From an uncultured Candidatus Rokubacteria bacterium (GTDB lineage Bacteria; Methylomirabilota; Methylomirabilia; Rokubacteriales; CSP1-6), in NCBI GenBank assembly GCA_963758635.1, contig CAVWWD010000005.1, positions 738,193 through 802,192 on the forward strand: a DNA stretch of 64,000 nt, read 5' to 3'. Positions 23,615-33,535 of the stretch are shown here, in pieces. Numbering within the stretch: the stretch's first letter is position 1; each line of letters opens with the position of its first letter. A program made the position numbers and the translations under genes. Under the pieces are notes generated by a model. That model saw only the letters and a list, made by a program, of their open reading frames with translations, ran no database searches and had not been told where the DNA came from.

Positions 23615-23740
23615 TTTGCGAGCCGAGCCGAAGGCGAGGCGAGCGCATAGGGAAATGCAGTAGAAACAACCCCCAGGGGGGAGCCCCGATCGAGACGGCG
23701 CGGGTCCCCTGGGAAATGCGGTGGAAACCACCCCCAGGGG
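23615..23740 (+). repeat. second locus of the hairpin plus GGAAATGC-RGTRGAAAC repeat family
   Basis: TTTGCGAGCCGAGCCGAAGGCGAGGCGAGCGCATAGGGAAATGCAGTAGAAACAACC matches 6181-6286; internal near-duplication 23650-23679 and 23711-23740. Confidence 0.8.
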
Positions 23741-23853
23741 CAGGCCCGCCCGAGTCGACGCCCGTCCCAGATAGCGAAATGCCACGGCGACCACCCCCGC
23801 GCTCCAGACTGGCACCGTGCCGCCAACCCACCCCACACACAAGGAGCGCACCC

Positions 23854-24921
23854 ATGGTGAAGCCCTACACCGCCGTCGGCCTCATCCCCACCGTCCGCGG
23901 CATCCGCAGGCGGAAGGACATCCAGGTCAACCTGGACCACCTGACCCACCTCGTGAAGGCCGCGTCCTGGCTGTCGAGCCTGGACCTGCCCGTGCGGCTC
24001 ATCGCCTTCCCGGAGGGGGCCCTCCAGGCCTTCAACGACGAGGTGCTGGACCTGGACCACGCCACCTTCGCCCGCGAGTGCGCCATCGACATCCCCGGCG
24101 AGGAGACGGACGCCCTCGGCAAGATCGCCCGCGAGTACGGGGCCTTCGTCGTGGCCCAGGCCAAGGCGCGGCATCCCGACTGGAAGGACCGCTTCTTCAA
24201 CGTGGGCTTCATCATCAACCCCCGGGGCAAGGTGATCCTCCAGCACTACAAGGTCTCGCCCCTCTTCCCCGTCGAGCACTCGGTGTGCCCCCACGACGTC
24301 TACGACTGGTGGGTGGAGAAGTACGGCCGCACCCTGCAGGCCTTCTGGCCGGTGGTGGACACGGAGATCGGGCGCCTCGGCATCATGATGGCCAACGAGG
24401 GCTCGTACCCGGAGAACGCGCGCGCCCTCGCGCTCAACGGCGCCGAGGTCGTCTATCGCGCCTCCTACCCGCACCCTGCCACCGGCAACGAGATCTTCGA
24501 GATCCAGAGCCGCGCCCGCGCGCTCGACAACAACATGTACGTGGTCGCCCCCAACATGGGCACGTATTACCTGTTCCCCGAGGAGACGACGCCCATCGAC
24601 ACCTTCGGCGGGCGATCGTTCGTCATCGACTACAAGGGCCGCATCGTCGGCCGCCAGGACTACGGCGCGGGCTCGACCTACGTGGGCGGCGTGATCGACA
24701 TCGAGGCCCTGCGCGACCACCGGGCCCGCGCGCAGTGGGACAACTGGATGAAGGACCTGCGCACCGAGCTCTACCAGATCCTCTACGAGAAGCCGATCTA
24801 CCCGAAGAACCTCTACCTCAAGCGCGCGCCGATGACGCACGCGGAGTACCGCGAGAAGGTGATCAAGCGGCAGGTGCGCCTCATGCACGACCGCGGCATC
24901 TGGAAGAAGCCCGAGCGCTGA
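23854..24921 (+). CDS. nitrilase/carbon-nitrogen hydrolase superfamily protein with the nucleophile Cys replaced by Ala
   Basis: LIAFPEG (Glu), HYKV (Lys), GRLGIMMANEG at the ICYD position, ARALDNNMYVVAPN; AAGGAG RBS. Confidence 0.85.
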   Translation: MVKPYTAVGLIPTVRGIRRRKDIQVNLDHLTHLVKAASWLSSLDLPVRLIAFPEGALQAFNDEVLDLDHATFARECAIDIPGEETDALGKIAREYGAFVVAQAKARHPDWKDRFFNVGFIINPRGKVILQHYKVSPLFPVEHSVCPHDVYDWWVEKYGRTLQAFWPVVDTEIGRLGIMMANEGSYPENARALALNGAEVVYRASYPHPATGNEIFEIQSRARALDNNMYVVAPNMGTYYLFPEETTPIDTFGGRSFVIDYKGRIVGRQDYGAGSTYVGGVIDIEALRDHRARAQWDNWMKDLRTELYQILYEKPIYPKNLYLKRAPMTHAEYREKVIKRQVRLMHDRGIWKKPER

Positions 24922-24953
24922 CGCGGCCGCTCGCGGCGCCGTCCACGCCGGGG

Positions 24954-25011
24954 TTGACAGGCCGGACGCTCCGGATGCATATTAATGCCTAGACATGAAT
25001 AAACATCCATC
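24954..25011 (+). promoter_or_regulatory. argR promoter with tandem ARG boxes
   Basis: TTGACA at 24954; GATGCATATTAATGCCTA (24974-24991) and CATGAATAAACATCCATC (24994-25011), both resembling the TGMATA-ATKCA ARG-box consensus, 2 bp apart. Confidence 0.75.
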
Positions 25012-25484
25012 ACGTCGTCGCGAGGAGATCCTGCGGCTGGTGCGCGGGGGGACGGTGCGGTCGCAGGTGGACCTCCGGCGGCGGCTCTCGCGGCGCGGCT
25101 TCGCGGTGACGCAGCCCACGCTGTCCCGGGACCTGCGGGATCTGGGGCTGGCGCGCACCCCCACGGGCTACGCCGCGCCCTCCGAGCCCTCGCGCTTCGT
25201 GCCGGGGGCCCGCCGCCGGGAGGCCCTCGACCGGACGCTCGCCCGCATGGTGCTCGAGGTGCGGCGGGCCGGCGCGCTCCTCGTGCTGCGCACGCCGCCC
25301 GCGGGCGCGCAGCCCGTGGCGCGCGTCCTCGACGAGTCGGGGCTGGCCCAGGTGCGTGGGCACCCTCGCCGGCGACGACACGGTGTTCGTCGCCACGCCC
25401 GGCGCGGCCGCGGCCCGGCGACTGGCCCGCCGGCTCGGGGCGCCGCTGGCCCGCGGCCGGGCGGCCCGGCGCGCCCGCGCCTGA
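24995..25484 (+). CDS. argR: arginine repressor (frameshift near 25355)
   Basis: [30 protein letters not shown] and [11 protein letters not shown] in the shifted frame. Confidence 0.9.
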
Positions 25485-25508
25485 TCCCGGAACAAGGAGG
25501 CTTGGGTC

Positions 25509-25976
25509 ATGGAGCACGCAGGGGACATCGTCGTCACCACGGACGCCGCCCGCATGGATCTGGACGTGATCCACGGGTTCCTCACCCGCTCGTACTGGGC
25601 GGCGGGGATCCCGCGCGCCGTGGTCGCGCGCGCGGTGGCGAACTCGCTCTGCTTCGGCGCGTTCGACGGCGACCGCCAGGTCGGCCTCGCGCGCGTGATC
25701 TCGGACTTCGCCACCTACGCCTACATCAGCGACGTCTTCGTGCTGCCGTCGCATCGCGGGCGGGGCGTCGGCCGGCGGATCATGGCCGCGGTCATGGCCC
25801 ATCCCGACCTCCAGGGGTTCCGCCGCTGGAGCCTGGCCACCCGCGACGCTCACGACCTCTATCGCCAGTTCGGCTTCGGGCCGCCCAGGAACCCGGACCG
25901 GCAGATGGAGATCCTCGACCACCCCTACCCGCAGCCTGCCGCCGTGAGCGCGGGCGCGATCGGAGAGCCGCGATGA
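25509..25976 (+). CDS. GNAT family N-acetyltransferase
   Basis: [14 protein letters not shown] acetyl-CoA motif, LYRQFGF; AAGGAGG RBS. Confidence 0.88.
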   Translation: MEHAGDIVVTTDAARMDLDVIHGFLTRSYWAAGIPRAVVARAVANSLCFGAFDGDRQVGLARVISDFATYAYISDVFVLPSHRGRGVGRRIMAAVMAHPDLQGFRRWSLATRDAHDLYRQFGFGPPRNPDRQMEILDHPYPQPAAVSAGAIGEPR

Positions 25977-27181
25977 CGACCGAGACGCGCTGCGCGCCCC
26001 AGGCGAGCTACGACCTGTCCCGGGTCATGCCCATCACCGAGCGGCCGCCCGTGGTGATGGTGCGCGGCGAGGGCTCGTGGCTCTGGGACCGCGACGGGCG
26101 CCGCTACCTCGACTTCGTCCAGGGCTGGGCGGTGAACTGCCTCGGGCACTCGCCCCGCGTCGTGGTGGACGCGCTCCGCGCGCAGGGCGCGGAGCTCATC
26201 AACTGCAGCCCCGCGTACCACAACGAGCCGATGGCGCGGCTGGCCACCCTCCTCACGCGGCGGAGCGGTCTCGGCCACGTCTTCCTCGCCAACAGCGGCG
26301 CCGAGGCCAACGAGGGGGCGATCAAGCTCGCGCGCAAGTGGGGGGCCCTGCATCGCGGCGGCGCCGCCGAGATCATCACCACCCACGGCGGGTTCCACGG
26401 GCGCACGCTCGCCACGATGTCCGCCTCGGGCAAGCCCGCGTGGGAGGGTCTCTTCGAGCCGAAGGTGTCGGGCTTCCGGAAGGTGCCGCTCAACGACCTC
26501 GGCGCGGTGACGGCGGCCATCGGCCCGGCCACGGTCGCCGTGATGGTCGAGCCCATCCAGGGCGAGGCCGGCGTCATCCCGGCCCGCGACGAGTGGCTCT
26601 CCGCCGTGCGCGCGCTCACCCGCGAGCGCGGCGTCCTCCTCATCGCCGACGAGATCCAGACCGGCATCGGCCGCACGGGCCGGATGTTCGGCTGCGAGCA
26701 CGCGGGGGTCGTCCCCGACATCATGACGCTCGGCAAGGGGCTGGGCGGCGGCGTTCCTCTTGCCGCGCTCGTGGCGAGCGAGGCGGTGAGCTGCTTTCAG
26801 CCCGGCGACCAGGGCGGCACGTTCAACGGCAACCCGCTGATGGCCGCGGTGGGCTGCGCGGTCGTGGAGACGGTGGGCGCGCCGGAGTTCCTCGCGCGTG
26901 TCACCGAGACCGGGGCCTACCTGGCCGAGCGCCTCCGCGACGCTCTCCGCCGCGCGCGGGCACGGCGAGGTGCGCGGCCGCGGCCTCCTCCTCGCCCTGG
27001 AGCTGGCGGGCGGCCGAACGCGCCGGCGATCGTGCGCGCGGCGCTCGAGCACGGGCTCCTGATCAACGCGCCGCGCCCGACCACCCTCCGGTTCATGCCC
27101 GCCCTGAACGTCTCGACCGGCGAGATGGACCGGATGATCGATCTCCTCGAGGTCAGCATGGACGCGGCCGGCCGCGCCTGA
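25973..27181 (+). CDS. argD: acetylornithine aminotransferase (compensating frameshifts near 26940-27010)
   Basis: [51 protein letters not shown]; in an operon with argR. Confidence 0.9.
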   Translation: MTTETRCAPQASYDLSRVMPITERPPVVMVRGEGSWLWDRDGRRYLDFVQGWAVNCLGHSPRVVVDALRAQGAELINCSPAYHNEPMARLATLLTRRSGLGHVFLANSGAEANEGAIKLARKWGALHRGGAAEIITTHGGFHGRTLATMSASGKPAWEGLFEPKVSGFRKVPLNDLGAVTAAIGPATVAVMVEPIQGEAGVIPARDEWLSAVRALTRERGVLLIADEIQTGIGRTGRMFGCEHAGVVPDIMTLGKGLGGGVPLAALVASEAVSCFQPGDQGGTFNGNPLMAAVGCAVVETVGAPEFLARVTETGAYLAERLRDALRRARARRGARPRPPPRPGAGGRPNAPAIVRAALEHGLLINAPRPTTLRFMPALNVSTGEMDRMIDLLEVSMDAAGRA

Positions 27182-27276
27182 CGCCGGCCGTTTCTTTCCC
27201 GGCGGCACGATGGCCGCCGGCCCCCGCGGAGCGGCCCGATCGTGACCGAGGATTCGATCCGCATACATTCGAAGAC

Positions 27277-27564
27277 ATGCGGAATGCGATCGTGACGATC
27301 CGAATGACCGGGACCGTCCGTCAACGCCTCGCATCCCTCGCTCGCCGCGAAAATCGGTCGCTGTCGGGACAGGCCGAGCATCTCATCCGGGAGGGGCTCC
27401 GGGGCCGCCGGCCCGCCGGAGCCGCCCGGCGCCGTCCTCGCTCCCTGTCCGGCCTGCTCCGTGGCGGGGCGGTCCCGACGCTCGACGACTTCAGGGACGC
27501 GCGGGGCTCGCTCTCGGCCTCGCTGCTGCGTCGCACGCGCACGGGTGGCGAACCTCGTCGCTGA
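27277..27564 (+). CDS. Arc/RHH-type antitoxin
   Basis: VTIRM...LARRENRSLSGQAEHLI; overlaps the downstream PIN gene. Confidence 0.7.
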   Translation: MRNAIVTIRMTGTVRQRLASLARRENRSLSGQAEHLIREGLRGRRPAGAARRRPRSLSGLLRGGAVPTLDDFRDARGSLSASLLRRTRTGGEPRR

Positions 27565-27937
27565 CACGCACGCGCTCGTCTGGCACCTCGTAGCGCCCCA
27601 GCGCCTCGGGAAAGCGGCCCGCCGCGCCTTCGCCGCCGCGGACGCGGGGCGATCGACGTGCTTCGTGCCGGCGATCGCGCTCGTCGAGATCTGGCTGCTT
27701 CACGAGCGCGGCCGGCTCCGCATCGGCGTGGCGCAGGTCCTCGAGGCCCTGGCCGGGCACCCGTCCTACCGTGTGCTCGCGTTCGACGTGGATCAGGGGA
27801 TCGAGTTCGGAGCGCTGTCCGGCCTGCGGGACCCCATGGATCGGATGATCGTGGCCGCGGCTCGGGTGACCGGGAGCCGCCTCGTGACCGCCGACACCGC
27901 TCTTGCCGAGTCGGGCGTCGAGACCGTCTGGGCCTGA
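27545..27937 (+). CDS. vapC: PIN-domain (VapC-like) toxin
   Basis: VADTHALVW, LVEI, RDPMDRMIVA, LVTAD. Confidence 0.85.
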   Translation: MANLVADTHALVWHLVAPQRLGKAARRAFAAADAGRSTCFVPAIALVEIWLLHERGRLRIGVAQVLEALAGHPSYRVLAFDVDQGIEFGALSGLRDPMDRMIVAAARVTGSRLVTADTALAESGVETVWA

Positions 27938-28403
27938 GGCCCGGGCGTCACGCCTCCGGCGCGGCGAGCCGGAGCCGGGCAGCGCGGTAGGTGCCCGCCT
28001 CGGACGTGAGGAAGCTGGCCTCGACGGTCTCGAGGCGAGCGAGGAAGACCTGGATCAGACCGTCCCGATCGCCTGGCACCTTGCCGCGCAGCGAGTCCTT
28101 AGTGTTCGAACCGGCCGGGCACGAAGTCCCGCGCCTCCACCGCGGGTGGGCCCGCCCGTCGCGCACGAACACCGCGGCGATGGACGCGACATCGACGCGG
28201 CCTGGCCGCCCCCCGTCGTCGGCCGCCGCGGCGTGTATTTCGTTCGCGTGACCGGGTCGTTCCGACCAGTGCCGCCGACTGTCCGCTCGCAACGCGCGCC
28301 AAGTGTCCTCCTCGCCGAGCAACCGGCCGCCCTGCGCGAATGGCATCGCTTTCGCAGCCTACGGACGAGGAGCACGACGAATCCATTCCGAGGAGGCAGG
28401 ATC

Positions 28404-28878
28404 ATGTCCGGACACGTGAAGCCGATTCCCGACGGCTACGGCGCGGTCACTCCGTCCCTGGTCGTCACGGACGCTCGCAAGGCGATGGAGTTCTACAAGA
28501 AGGCGTTCGGTGCCACCGAGACCTACCGGCTGGATGCGCCCGACGGCGGGATCATGCACGCCGAGGTCCGGGCCTGGGGCACCCCGATCATGCTGAGCGA
28601 GGAGAATCCGAAGACGGGCTGCCTGGCGCCGACCTCGCTGCCGGGCCGGCCCTCCGGCCTGTACATCTACGTCGACGACGTGGACGCCGCCTTCGACCGG
28701 GCGGTGAAGGCGGCGCGAAGGTCGAGCAGCCGGTCGCCGACATGTTCTGGGGCGACCGGTTCGGCACGGTCAGCGACCCCTCCGGCCACTTCTGGTCGCT
28801 GGCCACCCACAAGCAGGACCTAGCCCCGAGGAGATCAAGCGCGGCGCGAAGGAGTTCTTCGCCACCCACAAGATGTAG
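28404..28878 (+). CDS. VOC/glyoxalase family protein (PhnB-like; frameshifts)
   Basis: VKPIPDGYGAVTPSL, FYKKAFGA, MHAEV, DMFWGDRFG-DPSGHFW. Confidence 0.85.
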
Positions 28879-29085
28879 CCGGCCGGCGAGACGCCGCGCC
28901 GGGCGCCCAGCTCGGCTTCGGCGGGGCGGCCACGCAACGCTGGGCCGGATTTTCAGAGAGTCCTACGGTAGAGATCATCGCTAGCCCGAGCTGACTGCGT
29001 CGTCGAGCGAGAGGAACGGCACTTCAACGGGGCGAAGACACGGACGTCACGCTTTTCCGCGCCTGAGACCTTCCCGCGCCGCCGG

Positions 29086-30312
29086 TCAGCCGATCTCGTG
29101 GACGAAGAGGCCGGAGGCGAGCTTCGGCTCGAACCAGGTGCTCTTGGGCGGCATCACCTGCCCCGCGTCGGCCACGGCCATGAGCTCCGCGACGGTGGTG
29201 GGCCACATCGAGACGGCGAGCGTCCACCTCCCGGAGTCGACGCGGTCCTCCAGCTCGCGGGTGCCGCGCCCGCCACCGACGAAGTCGATCCGCGGGTCCG
29301 TGCGCTGATCCCCGATCCCGAGCACGGGCCCGAGCACGCGCTCCTGCAGGAGCGACACGTCGAGCGACCGGATGGGATCGCCGCGGTCGATCGACTCCTC
29401 GGGCAGCTCCAGGAGGTGCCACCTCCCGTCGACGTAGAAGCAGAAGGAGCCGGAGCGGGGCGGCTCCGGCGTGCCGGCGGCGGACAGCGTTCCGACGGCC
29501 CGGAGACGATCGAGGAAGCCGGCCGCGCTCTGGCCCGCGAGATCGGCGACCACGCGGTTGTAGGCCAGGATCCGCACGTGGCTGGCCGGGAAGAGGACGG
29601 CCGGGAACCACGCGGCTCCCGCGCCAGGCGCGGCCCCCGACCCCGAGCGCGCGCGCTCGCGGGCCGCCCGCCACGCGCTGGCCGAGCGGTGATGCCCGTC
29701 CGCCACGTAGGCCACCGGCAGCGCGCTGAACGCCTCCACGAACGCCTCCGGCGCGGCGACGTGCCACGCGCGGTGGCGCACGCCGTCCGGCGCGGTGAAG
29801 TCGTAGAGCGGCGGAGCCGCCGTCGCGCGGGCGACGAGCGCGTCGATGCCCGGCTGATCGCGATACGTGAGCAGCACGGGCTCTGCGTGCGCGCCCAGCG
29901 TCAGGATGTGGCGGGTCCGGTCGTCCTCCTTGTCCGGGCGCGTCGTCTCGTGCTTCCGGATCACGTCGCGCTCGTAGTCGTCCACGTGGACGCATCCCAC
30001 CACGCCCATCTGCGCGCGCCCGCCGATCTCCTCCTGGTACACGTAGAGAACGGGCTCGCGCTCCCGCACCAGCGTGCCGTCGGCGACGAAGCGGTCCAGG
30101 CTCTCGCGCGCGGTGGCGTACACGCGCGGATCGTGCGGGTCCACGTCCTCGGGCAGGTCGATGTCCGACCGGCCCACGTGGAGAAAGCTCCGCGGGTTGC
30201 CCGCGGCGAGCTTCACCGCCTCGGCGCGCGTGACGACGTCATAGGGCGGCGAGGCCACGGCCGCGGCCAGCGCGGCCGGGGGCCGGAGGGCACGGAAGGC
30301 GCTCAGGCGCAT
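29086..30312 (-). CDS. DUF1015 family protein
   Basis: SPPYDV, IRKHETT, YVADGHHRS, MPPKSTWFEPKL. Confidence 0.9.
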   Translation of the reverse strand: MRLSAFRALRPPAALAAAVASPPYDVVTRAEAVKLAAGNPRSFLHVGRSDIDLPEDVDPHDPRVYATARESLDRFVADGTLVREREPVLYVYQEEIGGRAQMGVVGCVHVDDYERDVIRKHETTRPDKEDDRTRHILTLGAHAEPVLLTYRDQPGIDALVARATAAPPLYDFTAPDGVRHRAWHVAAPEAFVEAFSALPVAYVADGHHRSASAWRAARERARSGSGAAPGAGAAWFPAVLFPASHVRILAYNRVVADLAGQSAAGFLDRLRAVGTLSAAGTPEPPRSGSFCFYVDGRWHLLELPEESIDRGDPIRSLDVSLLQERVLGPVLGIGDQRTDPRIDFVGGGRGTRELEDRVDSGRWTLAVSMWPTTVAELMAVADAGQVMPPKSTWFEPKLASGLFVHEIG

Positions 30313-30323
30313 GAGATCGAGCG

Positions 30324-30362
30324 ACCGCCCCTCACCCTGCCCTCTCCCCAGAGGGGAGAGGG
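30324..30362 (+). repeat. REP-like palindrome CCCTCACCCTGCCCTCTCCCC-AGA-GGGGAGAGGG, copy 1
   Basis: 39 bp, one mismatch to the reverse complement of 38579-38617; supplies the last codons and stop of the hisN-like gene. Confidence 0.85.
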
Positions 30363-31129
30363 AGAGAGAGAAAGCGAAGCGCATCCGCGTGGAGCACGCC
30401 GTTGGTGGCGAGGATGCTGCCGTCCCGGCTCGTCGAGTTGCCGGCGAAGTCGGTGACGCGCCCTCCCGCCTCCTCCACGATGATCTTCATGGGCGCCCAG
30501 TCCCAGATCTTCAGGTCGAGCTCCGCGTAGATCTCCGCTTGCCCGCGGGCGACCACGCAGTAGCCGTAGTAGTCGCCGAAGCCCCGCGTGCGCTCGGCCG
30601 CGTCGACCAGGTCCACGAAGCCCGGCCAGTAGGCGGTGCGGCGGACGAGATTCAGGCCCGAGTGCAGCAGCAGGGCGTCGCCCAGGCGGTCGCACGCCGA
30701 CACGCGCAGGCGCTCGTCGCCCGCGAAGGCGCCGTCGCCTCGGCGCGCGGTGAGCATCTCGCCGCTCACCGGGTTCAGGACCACCCCGGTCGTGATCTCG
30801 CCGTGCTCCTCGAGCGCGATGAGGGTCGCCCAGAGCGGGATGCGCCGCACGAAGTTCGCGGTGCCGTCGATCGGGTCGATGATCCACCGGCGGTCGGTGG
30901 CGCCCTGCGCGCCGAACTCCTCGCCGAGGAAGCCGTGGTCGGGGAAGGCGCGGCGGAGGACGCCGGTGATGGCCTGCTCCGCCTCGCGGTCGGCCTGGGT
31001 GACGACGGTGCGGTCCGCCTTCACGCTTACCTCGAAGCCGTCGCGCCAGTAGCGGAGCGCGACGTCTCCCGCGGCGCGCGCGGCCTCCACCGCCGCGGCG
31101 AGCGCGGGGTGGAGAGCGGGCCGCGTCAC
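30332..31129 (-). CDS. hisN: inositol monophosphatase family protein, likely histidinol-phosphatase (HisN-like)
   Basis: VTQADREAE, GEEFG, WIIDPIDGTANF, RGFGDYYG, WDWAP. Confidence 0.78.
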   Translation of the reverse strand: MTRPALHPALAAAVEAARAAGDVALRYWRDGFEVSVKADRTVVTQADREAEQAITGVLRRAFPDHGFLGEEFGAQGATDRRWIIDPIDGTANFVRRIPLWATLIALEEHGEITTGVVLNPVSGEMLTARRGDGAFAGDERLRVSACDRLGDALLLHSGLNLVRRTAYWPGFVDLVDAAERTRGFGDYYGYCVVARGQAEIYAELDLKIWDWAPMKIIVEEAGGRVTDFAGNSTSRDGSILATNGVLHADALRFLSLPLPSGERAG

Positions 31130-31509
31130 TGCCACTCGCCGCGCTCCTCGAGCACGGCCTTGAGCACCTCGATGGCCTCCACCACCACCGGCATGCCGCC
31201 GTAGGTGACCTGCTGGAAGATCACCTCGGTCACCTCGGCGCGGGTGGCCCCCACGTTGAGCGCGGCGTGCACGTGCGCGCGCAGCTCCTTCGGCCGGTGG
31301 AGCACGGTGAGCGAGGCCACCGCGCACAGCTCGCGCTGCGTCTGCGAGATGACCTCGCGGCTGTAGAGCTTGCCCGTGAAGAACACGGAGAGCTCGCGCG
31401 CGAGGTCGCGGTCGAGCTTCTTCCACGTCTCGAACCCGGTGCCGTCGGGCAGCGTGTGGAACAGCATCCGGGCCGTTCGCTTCGTCGTCTCCTTCAGCGC
31501 CTCGTCCAT
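31126..31509 (-). CDS. carboxymuconolactone decarboxylase family protein
   Basis: RELCAVASL, ELRAHVHAALNVGAT, YGGMP. Confidence 0.85.
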   Translation of the reverse strand: MDEALKETTKRTARMLFHTLPDGTGFETWKKLDRDLARELSVFFTGKLYSREVISQTQRELCAVASLTVLHRPKELRAHVHAALNVGATRAEVTEVIFQQVTYGGMPVVVEAIEVLKAVLEERGEWQ

Positions 31510-31666
31510 GCGCGGTCTCCTCGTCGCAGAGCGGTCGCGAATTGCGCTTGACCTGCATGGTGGGGATTGACTTGAGTGCCGAGCGCCCACTAGCGTAGGG
31601 GAACGATAGCACACGGCACTCACGTCATCGCTTCGTCACATTCCTGCCGACACGAGGAGAAACGCC

Positions 31667-32062
31667 ATGGCCGCCACCGTCGAGCGCTACGCCGCCAAGA
31701 GTGTGTTCGATCCGCCCGCCTACTCGCAGGGCATCAAGGTCACGGGCGCCCAGACCATCCTGTTCATCGCCGGCCAGGTCGCCTACGACGACAAGGGCCA
31801 GCCCGCGCACCCCGGCGACTTCGCCGCGCAGGCGCGGATGGTGTTCCAGGCGCTGAAGGCCCAGGTGGAAGCGGGCGGCGGCACCCTCGCGAACATCGTG
31901 AAGGTCAACACGTACCTCACCGACGTGCGCCACCGCGCCGACCTCGTGCCCGTGCGCGAGGAGTTCTTCGGCAAGAAGGGGCCCGCCTCCACGCTGGTCG
32001 GCGTGACCGCGCTCGCCCAGCCGGGCTGGCTGATCGAGGTCGAGGCCATCGCGGTCATCTGA
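31667..32062 (+). CDS. RidA/Rid family protein
   Basis: YSQG, IAGQV, PASTLVGV, LIEVEAIA. Confidence 0.88.
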   Translation: MAATVERYAAKSVFDPPAYSQGIKVTGAQTILFIAGQVAYDDKGQPAHPGDFAAQARMVFQALKAQVEAGGGTLANIVKVNTYLTDVRHRADLVPVREEFFGKKGPASTLVGVTALAQPGWLIEVEAIAVI

Positions 32063-32088
32063 CGCGGGGAGGACCGCCGAACCGGCCC

Positions 32089-33462
32089 ATGACCGAGCTC
32101 AACCCGTACATCTTCCGCGCGTACGACGTCCGCGGAAAGGTCGGCATCGACGTCACCCCCGACGTGTTCGAGCGGGTCGGCCGCGCCTACGGCACCCTGG
32201 TCCGGCGGCGCGGCGGCCGGACCGTCGTCCTCGGCATGGACAACCGGCTCACGTCGCCGCCGCTCAAGGAGGCCTTCGCCGCCGGCTGCCTCGCCACCGG
32301 CGTCGACCTGGTCGACATCGGCGTCAACCACACACCCCTCATGTACTTCGCGGTGGCGCACTGGGAGCTCGACGGCGGCGCCACCGTCACCGGCAGCCAC
32401 AACCCCGTGTCCGACAACGGCGTGAAGATGGTGCACGCCGCCGCCGCGCCCCTCACCGAGGAAGAGATCCAGGGCCTCCTGTCGGCGATCCGCGCCGGCG
32501 ACTTCGAGCGGGGCGCGGGCACGCGGACCACGCGCGACCCGCGCGAGGACTACTTCGTGGCCATCCTCCGCCACGTGACGCTGGCCCGGCCGCTCCGCGT
32601 GGTGGTGGACGCCGGCAACGGCATCGCGGGGAGCTTCGCGCCCGAGCTGCTGCGCCGGCTCGGCTGCGAGGTGATCGAGCTGCACTGCGAGTCGGACGGG
32701 AGCTTTCCCAACCACCTGCCCGACCCGGAGATGGAGGAGAACGTCCGCGACCTCGTGGAGCGCGTGCGCGAGACGGGCGCCGACGTGGGCATCGCCTACG
32801 ACGGCGACGCCGACCGCGTGGGCGTGATCGACGAGCGAGGCCGGCGCCACGAGGCCGACCTCATCCTGGCGCTGCTCGCCCGCGACCTGCTGCGCCGCCA
32901 TCCCGGCGCCAAGGTCGTGTTCGACGTGAAGTCCTCGCAGGTGCTCATCGACGACATCCGCCGGCACGGTGGCGAGCCCGTCATGTGGAAGACGGGGCAC
33001 TCGCTCCTCAAGCGCAAGATGCGCGAGGACGGGATCCTGCTCGGCGGCGAGGTGTCCGGGCACATGTTCTTCGGCGAGAACTGGTACGGCGTGGACGACG
33101 GGATCCTCGCGTCGGTCCGGGTGCTCGAGCTGGCCGCCCAAAGCTCGGCGCCGATCTCGACCCACTTCGACTCCCTGCCCCACCTGCACGGCACGCCGGA
33201 GCTGAAGGCCCCCTGCCCGGACGACAAGAAGTTCCAGGTGGTCGACGAGCTCGCGCGCGTCTTCCGGGGGCGCTACGAGGCCATCGAGATCGACGGGGCG
33301 CGCATCCTCTTCCCCGAGGGATGGGGTCTCGTCCGCGCCTCCAACACGAACCCCTACCTCACGCTGCGCTTCGAGGCCCGCACCCGGCCCGCGCTGGACG
33401 AGATGATGCGCCTCGTCTACGACGCGCTCCGCGCCTACCCCTACGTGACGCTCCCGACCTGA
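32089..33462 (+). CDS. phosphomannomutase/phosphoglucomutase (AlgC-like)
   Basis: FRAYDVRG, TGSHNP, DGDADR, GEVSGH, VRASNT. Confidence 0.93.
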   Translation: MTELNPYIFRAYDVRGKVGIDVTPDVFERVGRAYGTLVRRRGGRTVVLGMDNRLTSPPLKEAFAAGCLATGVDLVDIGVNHTPLMYFAVAHWELDGGATVTGSHNPVSDNGVKMVHAAAAPLTEEEIQGLLSAIRAGDFERGAGTRTTRDPREDYFVAILRHVTLARPLRVVVDAGNGIAGSFAPELLRRLGCEVIELHCESDGSFPNHLPDPEMEENVRDLVERVRETGADVGIAYDGDADRVGVIDERGRRHEADLILALLARDLLRRHPGAKVVFDVKSSQVLIDDIRRHGGEPVMWKTGHSLLKRKMREDGILLGGEVSGHMFFGENWYGVDDGILASVRVLELAAQSSAPISTHFDSLPHLHGTPELKAPCPDDKKFQVVDELARVFRGRYEAIEIDGARILFPEGWGLVRASNTNPYLTLRFEARTRPALDEMMRLVYDALRAYPYVTLPT

Positions 33463-33535
33463 CGTCGGTCCCCACGACGACGTTGCGAGCCTGACGATTG
33501 ACTCGTGGGGGCCGTTCAACGCTCGCGGGGACCGT

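Noticed and set aside
27948..28110. Small minus-strand ORF (RGKVPGDRDGLIQVFLARLETVEASFLTSEAG...)
   Set aside because: It has a plausible RBS-like TAAGGA but no clear start codon or recognisable motif, so it cannot be supported without homology.
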